A DNA stretch of 64,000 bases from Azolla caroliniana (taxonomy: Eukaryota > Plantae > Polypodiophyta): NCBI GenBank assembly GCA_043228905.1, contig JBHGNT010000021.1, positions 124,001 to 188,000 on the forward strand, written 5' to 3'. Position 1 is the first letter of the stretch, and every line of letters begins with the position of its first letter. A program made the position numbers and the translations under genes. Below are positions 13,301-28,300 of the stretch, one piece after another. The notes beneath the pieces are model-generated. The model searched no databases and was not told the DNA's origin. It was given only the letters and a program-made list of their open reading frames with translations.

Positions 13301-16300
13301 CACTCCTCAAATTTGCTAATTTCGTCATGTCTCTCGACCTGAGTTTCAAAATCTTGATTTTTCAATTCCATATGATAGCTAGCGTTGTTAGCTTCGATTC
13401 GCATGTTTGTACACAAAAATCCGATATCACACTCGCTAGGTATGACCCTTTTAATTTACTCAAGGGCTCCTCTCAACTCACTCCTCAAATTTGCTAATTC
13501 CGTCATGACTCTCGACCTGAGTTTCAAAATCTTGCTTTTTTAATTCTAGATCATAGCTAGCATTGTTAGGTTTGATTCGCATGTTTGAACACAAAATTCC
13601 GATATCACACGAGCTAGGTATGAACATTTTTATTTACTCAAGGGCCCCTCTCAACTCCCTCCTCAAATTTGGTAATTTCGTCATGTCTCTCGACCTTAGT
13701 TTCAAAATCTTGATTTTTTAATTCCATATCATAGCTAGCGTTGTTAGCTTCGATTCGCATGTTTGTACACAAAAATCCGATATCACACTCGCTATGTATG
13801 AACATTTTAATTTACTCAAGGGCTCCTCTCAACTCACTCCTCAAATTTGGTAATTTCGTCATGTCTCTCGACCTGAGTGTCAAAATTTTGATTTTTTAAT
13901 TCTATATCATAGCTAGCGTTGTTAGCTTCGATTCGCATGTTTGAACACAAAAATCCGATATCACACGAGCCAGGTATGAACATTTTAATTTACCTAATAG
14001 CTCTTCTTAACTCCCTCCTCAAATTTGGTAATTTCGTCATGTCTCTCGACCTGAGTTTCATAATCTTGATTTTTTAATTCCATGTCATAGCTAGCGTTGT
14101 TAGCTTGGATTCGCATGTTTGAACACAAAAATCCGATATCACACGAGCTAGGTATGAACATTTTTATTTACTCAAGGGCTCCTCTCAACTCACTCCTCAA
14201 ATTTGCTAATTTCGTCATGTCTCTCGACCTGAGTTTCAAAATCTTGATTTTTCAATTCCATATCATAGCTAGCGTTGTTAGCTTCGATTCGCATGTTTGT
14301 ACACAAAATTCCGATATCACACTCGCTAGGTATGAACATTTTAATTTACTCAAGGGCTTCTCTCAACTCACTCCTCAAATTTGCTAATTTCGTCATGTCT
14401 CTCGACCTGAGTTTCAAAATCTTGATTTTTCAATTCCATATGATAGCTAGCGTTGTTAGCTTCGATTCGCATGTTTGTACACAAAAATCCGATATCACAC
14501 TCGCTAGGTATGACCATTGTAATTTACTAAAGGGCTCCTCTCAACTCACTCCTCAAATTTGCTAATTCCGTCATGACTCTCGACCTGAGTTTCAAAATCT
14601 TGCTTTTTTAATTCTAGATCATAGCTAGCGTTGTTAGGTTTGATTCGCATGTTTGAACACAAAATTCCGATATCACACTCGCTAGGTATGAACATTTTAA
14701 TTTACTCAAGGGCCCCTCTCAACTCCCTCCTCAAATTTGGTAATTTCGTCATGTCTCTCGACCTTAGTTTCAAAATCTTGATTTTTTAATTCCATATCAT
14801 AGCTAGCGTTGTTAGCTTCGATTCGCATGTTTGTACACAAAAATCCGATATCACACTCGCTATGTATGAACAATTTAATTTACTCAAGGGCTCCTCTCAA
14901 CTCACTCCTCAAATTTGGTAATTTCGTCATGTCTCTCGACCTGAGTGTCAAAATCTTGATTTTTTAATTCTATATCATAGCTAGCGTTGTTAGCTTCGAT
15001 TCGCATGTTTGAACACAAAAATCCGATATCACACGAGCCAGGTATGAACATTTTAATTTACCTAATAGCTCTTCTTAACTCCCTCCTCAAATTTGGTAAT
15101 TTCGTCATGTCTCTCGACCTGAGTTTCATAATCTTGATTTTTTAATTCCATGTCATAGCTAGCGTTGTTAGCTTCGATTCGCATGTTTGTACACAAAAAT
15201 CCGATATCACACTCGCTAGGTATGACCATTTTAATTTACTCAAGGGCTCCTCTCAACTCACTCCTCAAATTTGCTAATTTCGTCATGTCTCTCGACCTGA
15301 GTTTCAAAATCTTGATTTTTTAATTGCATATCATAGCTAGCGTTGTTGGCTTCGATTCGCATGTTTGAACACAAAAATCCGATATCACACTCGCTAGGTA
15401 TGACCATTTTAATATACTCAAGGGCTCATCTCAACTCACTCCTCAAAGTTGGTAATTTCGTCATGTCTCTCGACCTGAGTTTCAAAATCTTGATTTTTTA
15501 AGTCCATATCATAGCTAGCGTTGTTACCTTCGATAGGCATATTTAAACCCAAACATCCGATATCACACGAGCCAGGTATGAACATTTTAATTCACTCACG
15601 CGCTCTTCCAACCTCACTCCTCAAATTTGGTAATTTCGTCATGTCTCTCGCCTGGAGTTTCAAAATCCTTATTTTGTAATTCCATATCATAGCTAGCGTT
15701 GTTAGCTTCGATTCGCATGTTTGAACACAAAAATCCGATATCACACGAGCTAGGTATGAACATTTTTATTTACTCAAGGGCTCCTCTCAACTCACTCCTC
15801 AAATTTGCTAATTTCGTCATGTCTCTCGACCTGAGTTTCAAAATCTTGATTTTTCAATTCCATATCATAGCTAGCGTTGTTAGCTTCGATTCGCATGTTT
15901 GTACACAAAATTCCGATATCACACTCGCTAGGTATGAACATTTTAATTTACTCAAGGGCTTCTCTCAACTCACTCCTCAAATTTGCTAATTTCGTCATGT
16001 CTCTCGACCTGAGTTTCAAAATCTTGATTTTTCAATTCCATATGATAGCTAGCGTTGTTAGCTTCGATTCGCATGTTTGTACACAAAAATCCGATATCAC
16101 ACTCGCTAGGTATGACCCTTTTAATTTACTCAAGGGCTCCTCTCAACTCACTCCTCAAATTTGCTAATTCCGTCATGACTCTCGACCTGAGTTTCAAAAT
16201 CTTGCTTTTTTAATTCTAGATCATAGCTAGCGTTGTTAGGTTTGATTCGCATGTTTGAACACAAAATTCCGATATCACACTCGCTAGGTATGAACATTTT

Positions 16301-19300
16301 AATTTACTCAAGGGCCCCTCTCAACTCCCTCCTCAAATTTGGTAATTTCGTCATGTCTCTCGACCTTAGTTTCAAAATCTTGATTTTTTAATTCCATATC
16401 ATAGCTAGCGTTGTTAGCTTCGATTCGCATGTTTGTACACAAAAATCCGATATCACACTCGCTATGTATGAACAATTTAATTTACTCAAGCGCTCCTCTC
16501 AACTCACTCCTCAAATTTGGTAATTTCGTCATGTCTCTCGACCTGAGTGTCAAAATCTTGATTTTTTAATTCTATATCATAGCTAGCGTTGTTAGCTTCG
16601 ATTCGCATGTTTGAACACAAAAATCCGATATCACACGAGCCAGGTATGAACATTTTAATTTACCTAATAGCTCTTCTTAACTCCCTCCTCAAATTTGGTA
16701 ATTTCGTCATGTCTCTCGACCTGAGTTTCATAATCTTGATTTTTTAATTCCATGTCATAGCTAGCGTTGTTAGCTTCGATTCGCATGTTTGTACACAAAA
16801 ATCCGATATCACACGAGCTAGGTATGAACATTTTTATTTACTCAAGGGCTCCTCTCAACTCACTCCTCAAATTTGCTAATTTCGTCATGTCTCTCGACCT
16901 GAGTTTCAAAATCTTGATTTTTCAATTCCATATCATAGCTAGCGTTGTTAGCTTCGATTCGCATGTTTGTACACAAAATTCCGATATCACACTCGCTAGG
17001 TATGAACATTTTAATTTACTCAAGGGCTTCTCTCAACTCACTCCTCAAATTTGGTAATTTCGTCATGTCTCTCGACCTGAGTTTCAAAATCTTGATTTTT
17101 CAATTCCATATGATAGCTAGCGTTGTTAGCTTCGATTCGCATGTTTGTACACAAAAATCCGATATCACACTCGCTAGGTATGACCATTTTAATTTACTCA
17201 AGGGCTCCTCTCAACTCACTCCTCAAATTTGCTAATTCCGTCATGACTCTCGACCTGAGTTTCAAAATCTTGCTTTTTTAATTCCATGTCATAGCTAGCG
17301 TTGTTAGCTTCGATTCGCATGTTTGTACACAAAAATCCGATATCACACTCGCTAGGTATGACCATTTTAATTTACTCAAGGGCTCCTCTCAACTCACTCC
17401 TCAAATTTGCTAATTTCGTCATGTCTCTCGACCTGAGTTTCAAAATCTTGATTTTTTAATTCCATATCATAGCTAGCGTTGTTGGCTTCGATTCGCATGT
17501 TTGAACACAAAAATCCGATATCACACTCGCTATGTATGAACATTTTAATTTACTCAAGGGCTCCTCTCAACTCACTCCTCAAATTTGGTAATTTCGTCAT
17601 GTCTCTCGACCTGAGTGTCAAAATCTTGATTTTTTAATTCTATATCATAGCTAGCGTTGTTAGCTTCGATTCGCATGTTTGAACACAAAAATCCGATATC
17701 ACACGAGCCAGGTATGAACATTTTAATTTACCTAATAGCTCTTCTTAACTCCCTCCTCAAATTTGGTAATTTCGTCATGTCTCTCGACCTGAGTTTCATA
17801 ATCTTGATTTTTTAATTCCATGTCATAGCTAGCGTTGTTAGCTTCGATTCGCATGTTTGTACACAAAAATCTGATATCACACGAGCTAGGTATGAACATT
17901 TTTATTTACTCAAGGGCTCCTCTCAACTCACTCCTCAAATTTGCTAATTTCGTCATGTCTCTCGACCTGAGTTTCAAAATTTTGATTTTTCAATTCCATA
18001 TCATAGCTAGCGTTGTTAGCTTCGATTCGCATGTTTGTACACAAAAATCCGATATCACACTCGCTAGGTATGACCATTTTAATTTACTCAAGGGCTCCTC
18101 TCAACTCACTCCTCAAATTTGCTAATTTCGTCATGTCTCTCGACCTGAGTTTCAAAATCTTGATTTTTCAATTCCATATGATAGCTAGCGTTGTTGGCTT
18201 CGATTCGCATGTTTGAACACAAAAATCCGATATCACACTCGCTAGGTATGACCATTTTAATATACTCAAGGGCTCATCTCAACTCACTCCTCAAAGTTGG
18301 TAATTTCGTCATGTCTCTCGACCTGAGTTTCAAAATCTTGATTTTTTAAGTCCATATCATAGCTAGCGTTGTTGGCTTCGATTCGCATGTTTGAACACAA
18401 AAATCCGATATCACACTCGCTAGGTATGACCATTTTAATATACTCAAGGGCTCATCTCAACTCACTCCTCAAAGTTGGTAATTTCGTCATGTCTCTCGAC
18501 CTGAGTTTCAAAATCTTGCTTTTTTAATTCTAGATCATAGCTAGCGTTGTTAGCTTCGATTCGCATGTTTGAACACAAAAATCCGATATCACACGAGCCA
18601 GGTATGAACATTTTAATTCACTCACGCGCTCTTCCAACCTCACTCCTCAAATTTGGTAATTTCGTCATGTCTCTCGCCTGGAGTTTCAAAATCTTGATTT
18701 TGTAATTCCATATCATAGCTAGCGTTGTTAGCTTCGATTCGCATGTTTGAACACAAAAATCCGATATCACACGAGCTAGGTATGAACATTTTTATTTACT
18801 CAAGGGCTCCTCTCAACTCACTCCTCAAATTTGCTAATTTCGTCATGTCTCTCGACCTGAGTTTCAAAATCTTGATTTTTCAATTCCATATCATAGCTAG
18901 CGTTGTTAGCTTCGATTCGCATGTTTGTACACAAAATTCCGATATCACACTCGCTAGGTATGAACATTTTAATTTACTCAAGGGCTTCTCTCAACTCACT
19001 CCTCAAATTTGCTAATTTCGTCATGTCTCTCGACCTGAGTTTCAAAATCTTGATTTTTCAATTCCATATGATAGCTAGCGTTGTTAGCTTCGATTCGCAT
19101 GTTTGTACACAAAAATCCGATATCACACTCGCTAGGTATGACCATTTTAATTTACTCAAGGGCTCCTCTCAACTCACTCCTCAAATTTGCTAATTTCGTC
19201 ATGTCTCTCGACCTGAGTTTCAAAATCTTGATTTTTCAATTCCATATCATAGCTAGCGTTGTTAGCTTCGATTCGCATGTTTGTACACAAAATTCCGATA

Positions 19301-22300
19301 TCACACTCGCTAGGTATGAACATTTTAATTTACTCAAGGGCTTCTCTCAACTCACTCCTCAAATTTGCTAATTTCGTCATGTCTCTCGACCTGAGTTTCA
19401 AAATCTTGATTTTTCAATTCCATATGATAGCTAGCGTTGTTAGCTTCGATTCGCATGTTTGTACACAAAAATCCGATATCACACTCGCTAGGTATGACCC
19501 TTTTAATTTACTCAAGGGCTCCTCTCAACTCACTCCTCAAATTTGCTAATTCCGTCATGACTCTCGACCTGAGTTTCAAAATATTGCTTTTTTAATTCTA
19601 GATCATAGCTAGCGTTGTTAGGTTTGATTCGCATGTTTGAACACAAAATTCCGATATCACACTCGCTAGGTATGAACATTTTAATTTACTCAAGGGCCCC
19701 TCTCAACTCCCTCCTCAAATTTGGTAATTTCGTCATGTCTCTCGACCTTAGTTTCAAAATCTTGATTTTTTAATTCCATATCATAGCTAGCGTTGTTAGC
19801 TTCGATTCGCATGTTTGTACACAAAAATCCGATATCACACTCGCTATGTATGAACAATTTAATTTACTCAAGGGCTCCTCTCAACTCACTCCTCAAATTT
19901 GGTAATTTCGTCATGTCTCTCGACCTGAGTGTCAAAATCTTGATTTTTTAATTCTATATCATAGCTAGCGTTGTTAGCTTCGATTCGCATGTTTGAACAC
20001 AAAAATCCGATATCACACGAGCCAGGTATGAACATTTTAATTTACCTAATAGCTCTTCTTAACTCCCTCCTCAAATTTGGTAATTTCGTCATGTCTCTCG
20101 ACCTGAGTTTCATAATCTTGATTTTTTAATTCCATGTCATAGCTAGCGTTGTTAGCTTCGATTCGCATGTTTGTACACAAAAATCCGATATCACACGAGC
20201 TAGGTATGAACATTTTTATTTACTCAAGGGCTCCTCTCAACTCACTCCTCAAATTTGCTAATTTCGTCATGTCTCTCGACCTGAGTTTCAAAATCTTGAT
20301 TTTTCAATTCCATATCATAGCTAGCGTTGTTAGCTTCGATTCGCATGTTTGTACACAAAATTCCGATATCACACTCGCTAGGTATGAACATTTTAATTTA
20401 CTCAAGGGCTTCTCTCAACTCACTCCTCAAATTTGCTAATTTCGTCATGTCTCTCGACCTGAGTTTCAAAATCTTGATTTTTCAATTCCATATGATAGCT
20501 AGCGTTGTTGGCTTCGATTCGCATGTTTGTACACAAAAATCCGATATCACACTCGCTAGGTATGACCATTTTAATTTACTCAAGGGCTCCTCTCAACTCA
20601 CTCCTCAAATTTGCTAATTCCGTCATGACTCTCGACCTGAGTTTCAAAATCTTGATTTTTTAATTCCATGTCATAGCTAGCGTTGTTAGCTTCGATTCGC
20701 ATGTTTGTACACAAAAATCCGATATCACACTCGCTAGGTATGACCATTTTAATTTACTCAAGGGCTCCTCTCAACTCACTCCTCAAATTTGCTAATTTCG
20801 TCATGTCTCTCGACCTGAGTTTCAAAATCTTGATTTTTTAATTCCATATCATAGCTAGCGTTGTTGGCTTCGATTCGCATGTTTGAACACAAAAATCCGA
20901 TATCACACTCGCTATGTATGAACATTTTAATTTACTCAAGGGCTCCTCTCAACTCACTCCTCAAATTTGGTAATTTCGTCATGTCTCTCGACCTGAGTGT
21001 CAAAATCTTGATTTTTTAATTCTATATCATAGCTAGCGTTGTTAGCTTCGATTCGCATGTTTGAACACAAAAATCCGATATCACACGAGCCAGGTATGAA
21101 CATTTTAATTTACCTAATAGCTCTTCTTAACTCCCTCCTCAAATTTGGTAATTTCGTCATGTCTCTCGACCTGAGTTTCATAATCTTGATTTTTTAATTC
21201 CATGTCATAGCTAGCGTTGTTAGCTTCGATTCGCATGTTTGTACACAAAAATCCGATATCACACGAGCTAGGTATGAACATTTTTATTTACTCAAGGGCT
21301 CCTCTCAACTCACTCCTCAAATTTGCTAATTTCGTCATGTCTCTCGACCTGAGTTTCAAAATTTTGATTTTTCAATTCCATATCATAGCTAGCGTTGTTA
21401 GCTTCGATTCGCATGTTTGTACACAAAAATCCGATATCACACTCGCTAGGTATGACCATTTTAATTTACTCAAGGGCTCCTCTCAACTCACTCCTCAAAT
21501 TTGCTAATTTCGTCATGTCTCTCGACCTGAGTTTCAAAATCTTGATTTTTTAATTCCATATCATAGCTAGCGTTGTTGGCTTCGATTCGCATGTTTGAAC
21601 ACAAAAATCCGATATCACACTCGCTAGGTATGACCATTTTAATATACTCAAGGGCTCATCTCAACTCACTCCTCAAAGTTGGTAATTTCGTCATGTCTCT
21701 CGACCTGAGTTTCAAAATCTTGATTTTTTAAGTCCATATCATAGCTAGCGTTGTTGGCTTCGATTCGCATGTTTGAACACAAAAATCCGATATCACACTC
21801 GCTAGGTATGACCATTTTAATATACTCAAGGGCTCATCTCAACTCACTCCTCAAAGTTGGTAATTTCGTCATGTCTCTCGACCTGAGTTTCAAAATCTTG
21901 CTTTTTTAATTCTAGATCATAGCTAGCGTTGTTAGCTTCGATTCGCATGTTTGAACACAAAAATCCGATATCACACGAGCCAGGTATGAACATTTTAATT
22001 CACTCACGCGCTCTTCCAACCTCACTCCTCAAATTTGGTAATTTCGTCATGTCTCTCGCCTGGAGTTTCAAAATCTTGATTTTGTAATTCCATATCATAG
22101 CTAGCGTTGTTAGCTTCGATTCGCATGTTTGAACACAAAAATCCGATATCACACGAGCTAGGTATGAACATTTTTATTTACTCAAGGGCTCCTCTCAACT
22201 CACTCCTCAAATTTGCTAATTTCGTCATGTCTCTCGACCTGAGTTTCAAAATCTTGATTTTTCAATTCCATATCATAGCTAGCGTTGTTAGCTTCGATTC

Positions 22301-25300
22301 GCATGTTTGTACACAAAATTCCGATATCACACTCGCTAGGTATGACCATTTTAATTTACTCAAGGGCTTCTCTCAACTCACTCCTCAAATTTGCTAATTT
22401 CGTCATGTCTCTCGACCTGAGTTTCAAAATCTTGATTTTTCAATTCCATATGATAGCTAGCGTTGTTAGCTTCAATTCGCATGTTTGTACACAAAAATCC
22501 GATATCACACTCGCTAGGTATGACCATTTTAATTTACTCAAGGGCTCCTCTCAACTCACTCCTCAAATTTGCTAATTCCGTCATGACTCTCGACCTGAGT
22601 TTCAAAATCTTGCTTTTTTAATTCTAGATCATAGCTAGCGTTGTTAGGTTTGATTCGCATGTTTGAACACAAAATTCCGATATCACACTCGCTAGGTATG
22701 AACATTTTAATTTACTCAAGGGCCCCTCTCAACTCCCTCCTCAAATTTGGTAATTTCGTCATGTCTCTCGACCTTAGTTTCAAAATCTTGATTTTTTAAT
22801 TCCATATCATAGCTAGCGTTGTTAGCTTCGATTCGCATGTTTGTACACAAAAATCCGATATCACACTCGCTATGTATGAACATTTTAATTTACTCAAGGG
22901 CTCCTCTCAACTCACTCCTCAAATTTGGTAATTTCGTCATGTCTCTCGACTTGAGTTTCAATATCTTGATTTTTTAATTCCATATCATAGCTAGCATTGT
23001 TAGCTTCGATTCGCATGTTTGTACACAAAAATACAATATCACACTCGCTAGGTATGAACATTTTAATTTACTCAAGGGCTCCTCTCAACTCACTCCTCAA
23101 ATTTGCTAATTTCGTCATGTCTCTCGACCTGAGTTTCAAAATCTTGATTTTTTAATTCCATATCATAGCTAGCGTTGTTAGCTTCGATTCGCATGTTTGA
23201 ACACAAAAATCCGATATCACACTCGCCAGGTATGACCATTTTAATATACTCAAGGGCTCATCTCAACTCACTCCTCAAATTTGGTAATTTCGTCATGTCT
23301 CTCGACCTGAGTTTCAAAATCTTGATTTTTTAATTCCATATCATAGCTAGCGTTGTTAGCTTCGATTCGCATATTTAAACCCAAACATCCGATATCACAC
23401 GAGCCAGGTATGAACATTTTAATTCACTCACGCGCTCTTCCAACCTCACTCCTCAAATTTGGTAATTTCGTCATGTCTCTCGCCTGGAGTTTCAAAATCT
23501 TGATTTTGTAATTCCATATCATAGCTAGCGTTGTTAGCTTCGATTCGCATGTTTGAACACAAAAATCCGATATCACACGAGCTAGGTATGAACATTTTTA
23601 TTTACTCAAGGGCTCCTCTCAACTCACTCCTCAAATTTGCTAATTTCGTCATGTCTCTCGACCTGAGTTTCAAAATCTTGATTTTTCAATTCCATATCAT
23701 AGCTAGCGTTGTTAGCTTCGATTCGCATGTTTGTACACAAAATTCCGATATCACACTCGCTAGGTATGAACATTTTAATTTACTCAAGGGCTTCTCTCAA
23801 CTCACTCCTCCAATTTGCTAATTTCGTCATGTCTCTCGACCTGAGTTTCAAAATCTTGATTTTTCAATTCCATATGATAGCTAGCGTTGTTAGCTTCGAT
23901 TCGCATGTTTGTACACAAAAATCCGATATCACACTCGCTAGGTATGACCCTTTTAATTTACTCAAGGGCTCCTCTCAACTCACTCCTCAAATTTGCTAAT
24001 TCCGTCATGACTCTCGACCTGAGTTTCAAAATCTTGCTTTTTTAATTCTAGATCATAGCTAGCGTTGTTAGGTTTGATTCGCATGTTTGAACACAAAATT
24101 CCGATATCACACTCGCTAGGTATGAACATTTTAATTTACTCAAGGGCCCCTCTCAACTCCCTCCTCAAATTTGGTAATTTCGTCATGTCTCTCGACCTTA
24201 GTTTCAAAATCTTGATTTTTTAATTCCATATCATAGCTAGCGTTGTTAGCTTCGATTCGCATGTTTGTACACAAAAATCCGATATCACACTCGCTATGTA
24301 TGAACAATTTAATTTACTCAAGGGCTCCTCTCAACTCACTCCTCAAATTTGGTAATTTCGTCATGTCTCTCGACCTGAGTGTCAAAATCTTGATTTTTTA
24401 ATTCTATATCATAGCTAGCGTTGTTAGCTTCGATTCGCATGTTTGAACAGAAAAATCCGATATCACACGAGCCAGGTATGAACATTTTAATTTACCTAAT
24501 AGCTCTTCTTAACTCCCTCCTCAAATTTGGTAATTTCGTCATGTCTCTCGACCTGAGTTTCATAATCTTGATTTTTTAATTCCATGTCATAGCTAGCGTT
24601 GTTAGCTTCGATTCGCATGTTTGTACACAAAAATCCGATATCACACGAGCTAGGTATGAACATTTTTATTTACTCAAGGGCTCCTCTCAACTCACTCCTC
24701 AAATTTGCTAATTTCGTCATGTCTCTCGACCTGAGTTTCAAAATCTTGATTTTTCAATTCCATATCATAGCTAGCGTTGTTAGCTTCGATTCGCATGTTT
24801 GTACACAAAATTCCGATATCACACTCGCTAGGTATGAACATTTTAATTTACTCAAGGGCTTCTCTCAACTCACTCCTCAAATTTGCTAATTTCGTCATGT
24901 CTCTCGACCTGAGTTTCAAAATCTTGATTTTTCAATTCCATATGATAGCTAGCGTTGTTAGCTTCGATTCGCATGTTTGTACACAAAAATCCGATATCAC
25001 ACTCGCTAGGTATGACCATTTTAATTTACTCAAGGGCTCCTCTCAACTCACTCCTCAAATTTGCTAATTCCGTCATGACTCTCGACCTGAGTTTCAAAAT
25101 CTTGATTTTTTAATTCCATGTCATAGCTAGCGTTGTTAGCTTCGATTCGCATGTTTGTACACAAAAATCCGATATCACACTCGCTAGGTATGACCATTTT
25201 AATTTACTCAAGGGCTCCTCTCAACTCACTCCTCAAATTTGCTAATTTCGTCATGTCTCTCGACCTGAGTTTCAAAATCTTGATTTTTTAATTCCATATC

Positions 25301-28300
25301 ATAGCTAGCGTTGTTGGCTTCGATTCGCATGTTTGAACACAAAAATCCGATATCACACTCGCTATGTATGAACATTTTAATTTACTCAAGGGCTCCTCTC
25401 AACTCACTCCTCAAATTTGGTAATTTCGTCATGTCTCTCGACCTGAGTGTCAAAATCTTGATTTTTTAATTCTATATCATAGCTAGCGTTGTTAGCTTCG
25501 ATTCGCATGTTTGAACACAAAAATCCGATATCACACGAGCCAGGTATGAACATTTTAATTTACCTAATAGCTCTTCTTAACTCCCTCCTCAAATTTGGTA
25601 ATTTCGTCATGTCTCTCGACCTGAGTTTCATAATCTTGATTTTTTAATTCCATGTCATAGCTAGCGTTGTTAGCTTCGATTCGCATGTTTGAACACAAAA
25701 ATCCGATATCACACGAGCTAGGTATGAACATTTTTATTTACTCAAGGGCTCCTCTCAACTCACTCCTCAAATTTGCTAATTTCGTCATGTCTCTCGACCT
25801 GAGTTTCAAAATTTTGATTTTTCAATTCCATATCATAGCTAGCGTTGTTAGCTTCGATTCGCATGTTTGTACACAAAAATCCGATATCACACTCGCTAGG
25901 TATGACCATTTTAATTTACTCAAGGGCTCCTCTCAACTCACTCCTCAAATTTGCTAATTTCGTCATGTCTCTCGACCTGAGTTTCAAAATCTTGATTTTT
26001 TAATTCCATATCATAGCTAGCGTTGTTGGCTTCGATTCGCATGTTTGAACACAAAAATCCGATATCACACTCGCTAGGTATGAACATTTTAATTTACTCA
26101 AGGGCCCCTCTCAACTCCCTCCTCAAATTTGGTAATTTCGTCATGTCTCTCGACCTTAGTTTCAAAATCTTGATTTTTTAATTCCATATCATAGCTAGCG
26201 TTGTTAGCTTCGATTCGCATGTTTGTACACAAAAATCCGATATCACACTCGCTATGTATGAACATTTTAATTTACTCAAGGGCTCCTCTCAACTCACTCC
26301 TCAAATTTGGTAATTTCGTCATGTCTCTCGACTTGAGTTTCAATATCTTGATTTTTTAATTCCATATCATAGCTAGCATTGTTAGCTTCGATTCGCATGT
26401 TTGTACACAAAAATACAATATCACACTCGCTAGGTATGAACATTTTAATTTACTCAAGGGCTCCTCTCAACTCACTCCTCAAATTTGCTAATTTCGTCAT
26501 GTCTCTCGACCTGAGTTTCAAAATCTTGATTTTTTAATTCCATATCATAGCTAGCGTTGTTAGCTTCGATTCGCATGTTTGAACACAAAAATCCGATATC
26601 ACACTCGCTATGTATGAACATTTTAATTTACTCAAGGGCTCCTCTCAACTCACTCCTCAAATTTGGTAATTTCGTCATGTCTCTCGACCTGAGTGTCAAA
26701 ATCTTGATTTTTTAATTCTATATCATAGCTAGCGTTGTTAGCTTCGATTCGCATGTTTGAACACAAAAATCCGATATCACACGAGCCAGGTATGAACATT
26801 TTAATTTACCTAATAGCTCTTCTTAACTCCCTCCTCAAATTTGGTAATTTCGTCATGTCTCTCGACCTGAGTTTCATAATCTTGATTTTTTAATTCCATG
26901 TCATAGCTAGCGTTGTTAGCTTCGATTCGCATGTTTGAACACAAAAATCCGATATCACACGAGCTAGGTATGAACATTTTTATTTACTCAAGGGCTCCTC
27001 TCAACTCACTCCTCAAATTTGCTAATTTCGTCATGTCTCTCGACCTGAGTTTCAAAATTTTGATTTTTCAATTCCATATCATAGCTAGCGTTGTTAGCTT
27101 CGATTCGCATGTTTGTACACAAAAATCCGATATCACACTCGCTAGGTATGACCATTTTAATTTACTCAAGGGCTCCTCTCAACTCACTCCTCAAATTTGC
27201 TAATTTCGTCATGTCTCTCGACCTGAGTTTCAAAATCTTGATTTTTTAATTCCATATCATAGCTAGCGTTGTTGGCTTCGATTCGCATGTTTGAACACAA
27301 AAATCCGATATCACACTCGCTAGGTATGACCATTTTAATATACTCAAGGGCTCATCTCAACTCACTCCTCAAAGTTGGTAATTTCGTCATGTCTCTCGAC
27401 CTGAGTTTCAAAATCTTGATTTTTTAAGTCCATATCATAGCTAGCGTTGTTGGCTTCGATTCGCATGTTTGAACACAAAAATCCGATATCACACTCGCTA
27501 GGTATGACCATTTTAATATACTCAAGGGCTCATCTCAACTCACTCCTCAAAGTTGGTAATTTCGTCATGTCTCTCGACCTGAGTTTCAAAATCTTGCTTT
27601 TTTAATTCTAGATCATAGCTAGCGTTGTTAGCTTCGATTCGCATGTTTGAACACAAAAATCCGATATCACACGAGCCAGGTATGAACATTTTAATTCACT
27701 CACGCGCTCTTCCAACCTCACTCCTCAAATTTGGTAATTTCGTCATGTCTCTCGCCTGGAGTTTCAAAATCTTGATTTTGTAATTCCATATCATAGCTAG
27801 CGTTGTTAGCTTCGATTCGCATGTTTGAACACAAAAATCTGATATCACACAAGCTAGGTATGAACATTTTTATTTACTCAAGGGCTCCTCTCAACTCACT
27901 CCTCAAATTTACTAATTTCGTCATGTCTCTCGACCTGAGTTTCAAAATCTTGATTTTTCAATTCCATATCATAGCTAGCGTTGTTAGCTTCGATTCGCAT
28001 GTTTGTACACAAAATTCCGATATCACACTCGCTAGGTATGACCATTTTAATTTACTCAAGGGCTTCTCTCAACTCACTCCTCAAATTTGCTAATTTCGTC
28101 ATGTCTCTCGACCTGAGTTTCAAAATCTTGATTTTTCAATTCCATATGATAGCTAGCGTTGTTAGCTTCAATTCGCATGTTTGTACACAAAAATCCGATA
28201 TCACACTCGCTAGGTATGACCATTTTAATTTACTCAAGGGCTCCTCTCAACTCACTCCTCAAATTTGCTAATTCCGTCATGACTCTCGACCTGAGTTTCA

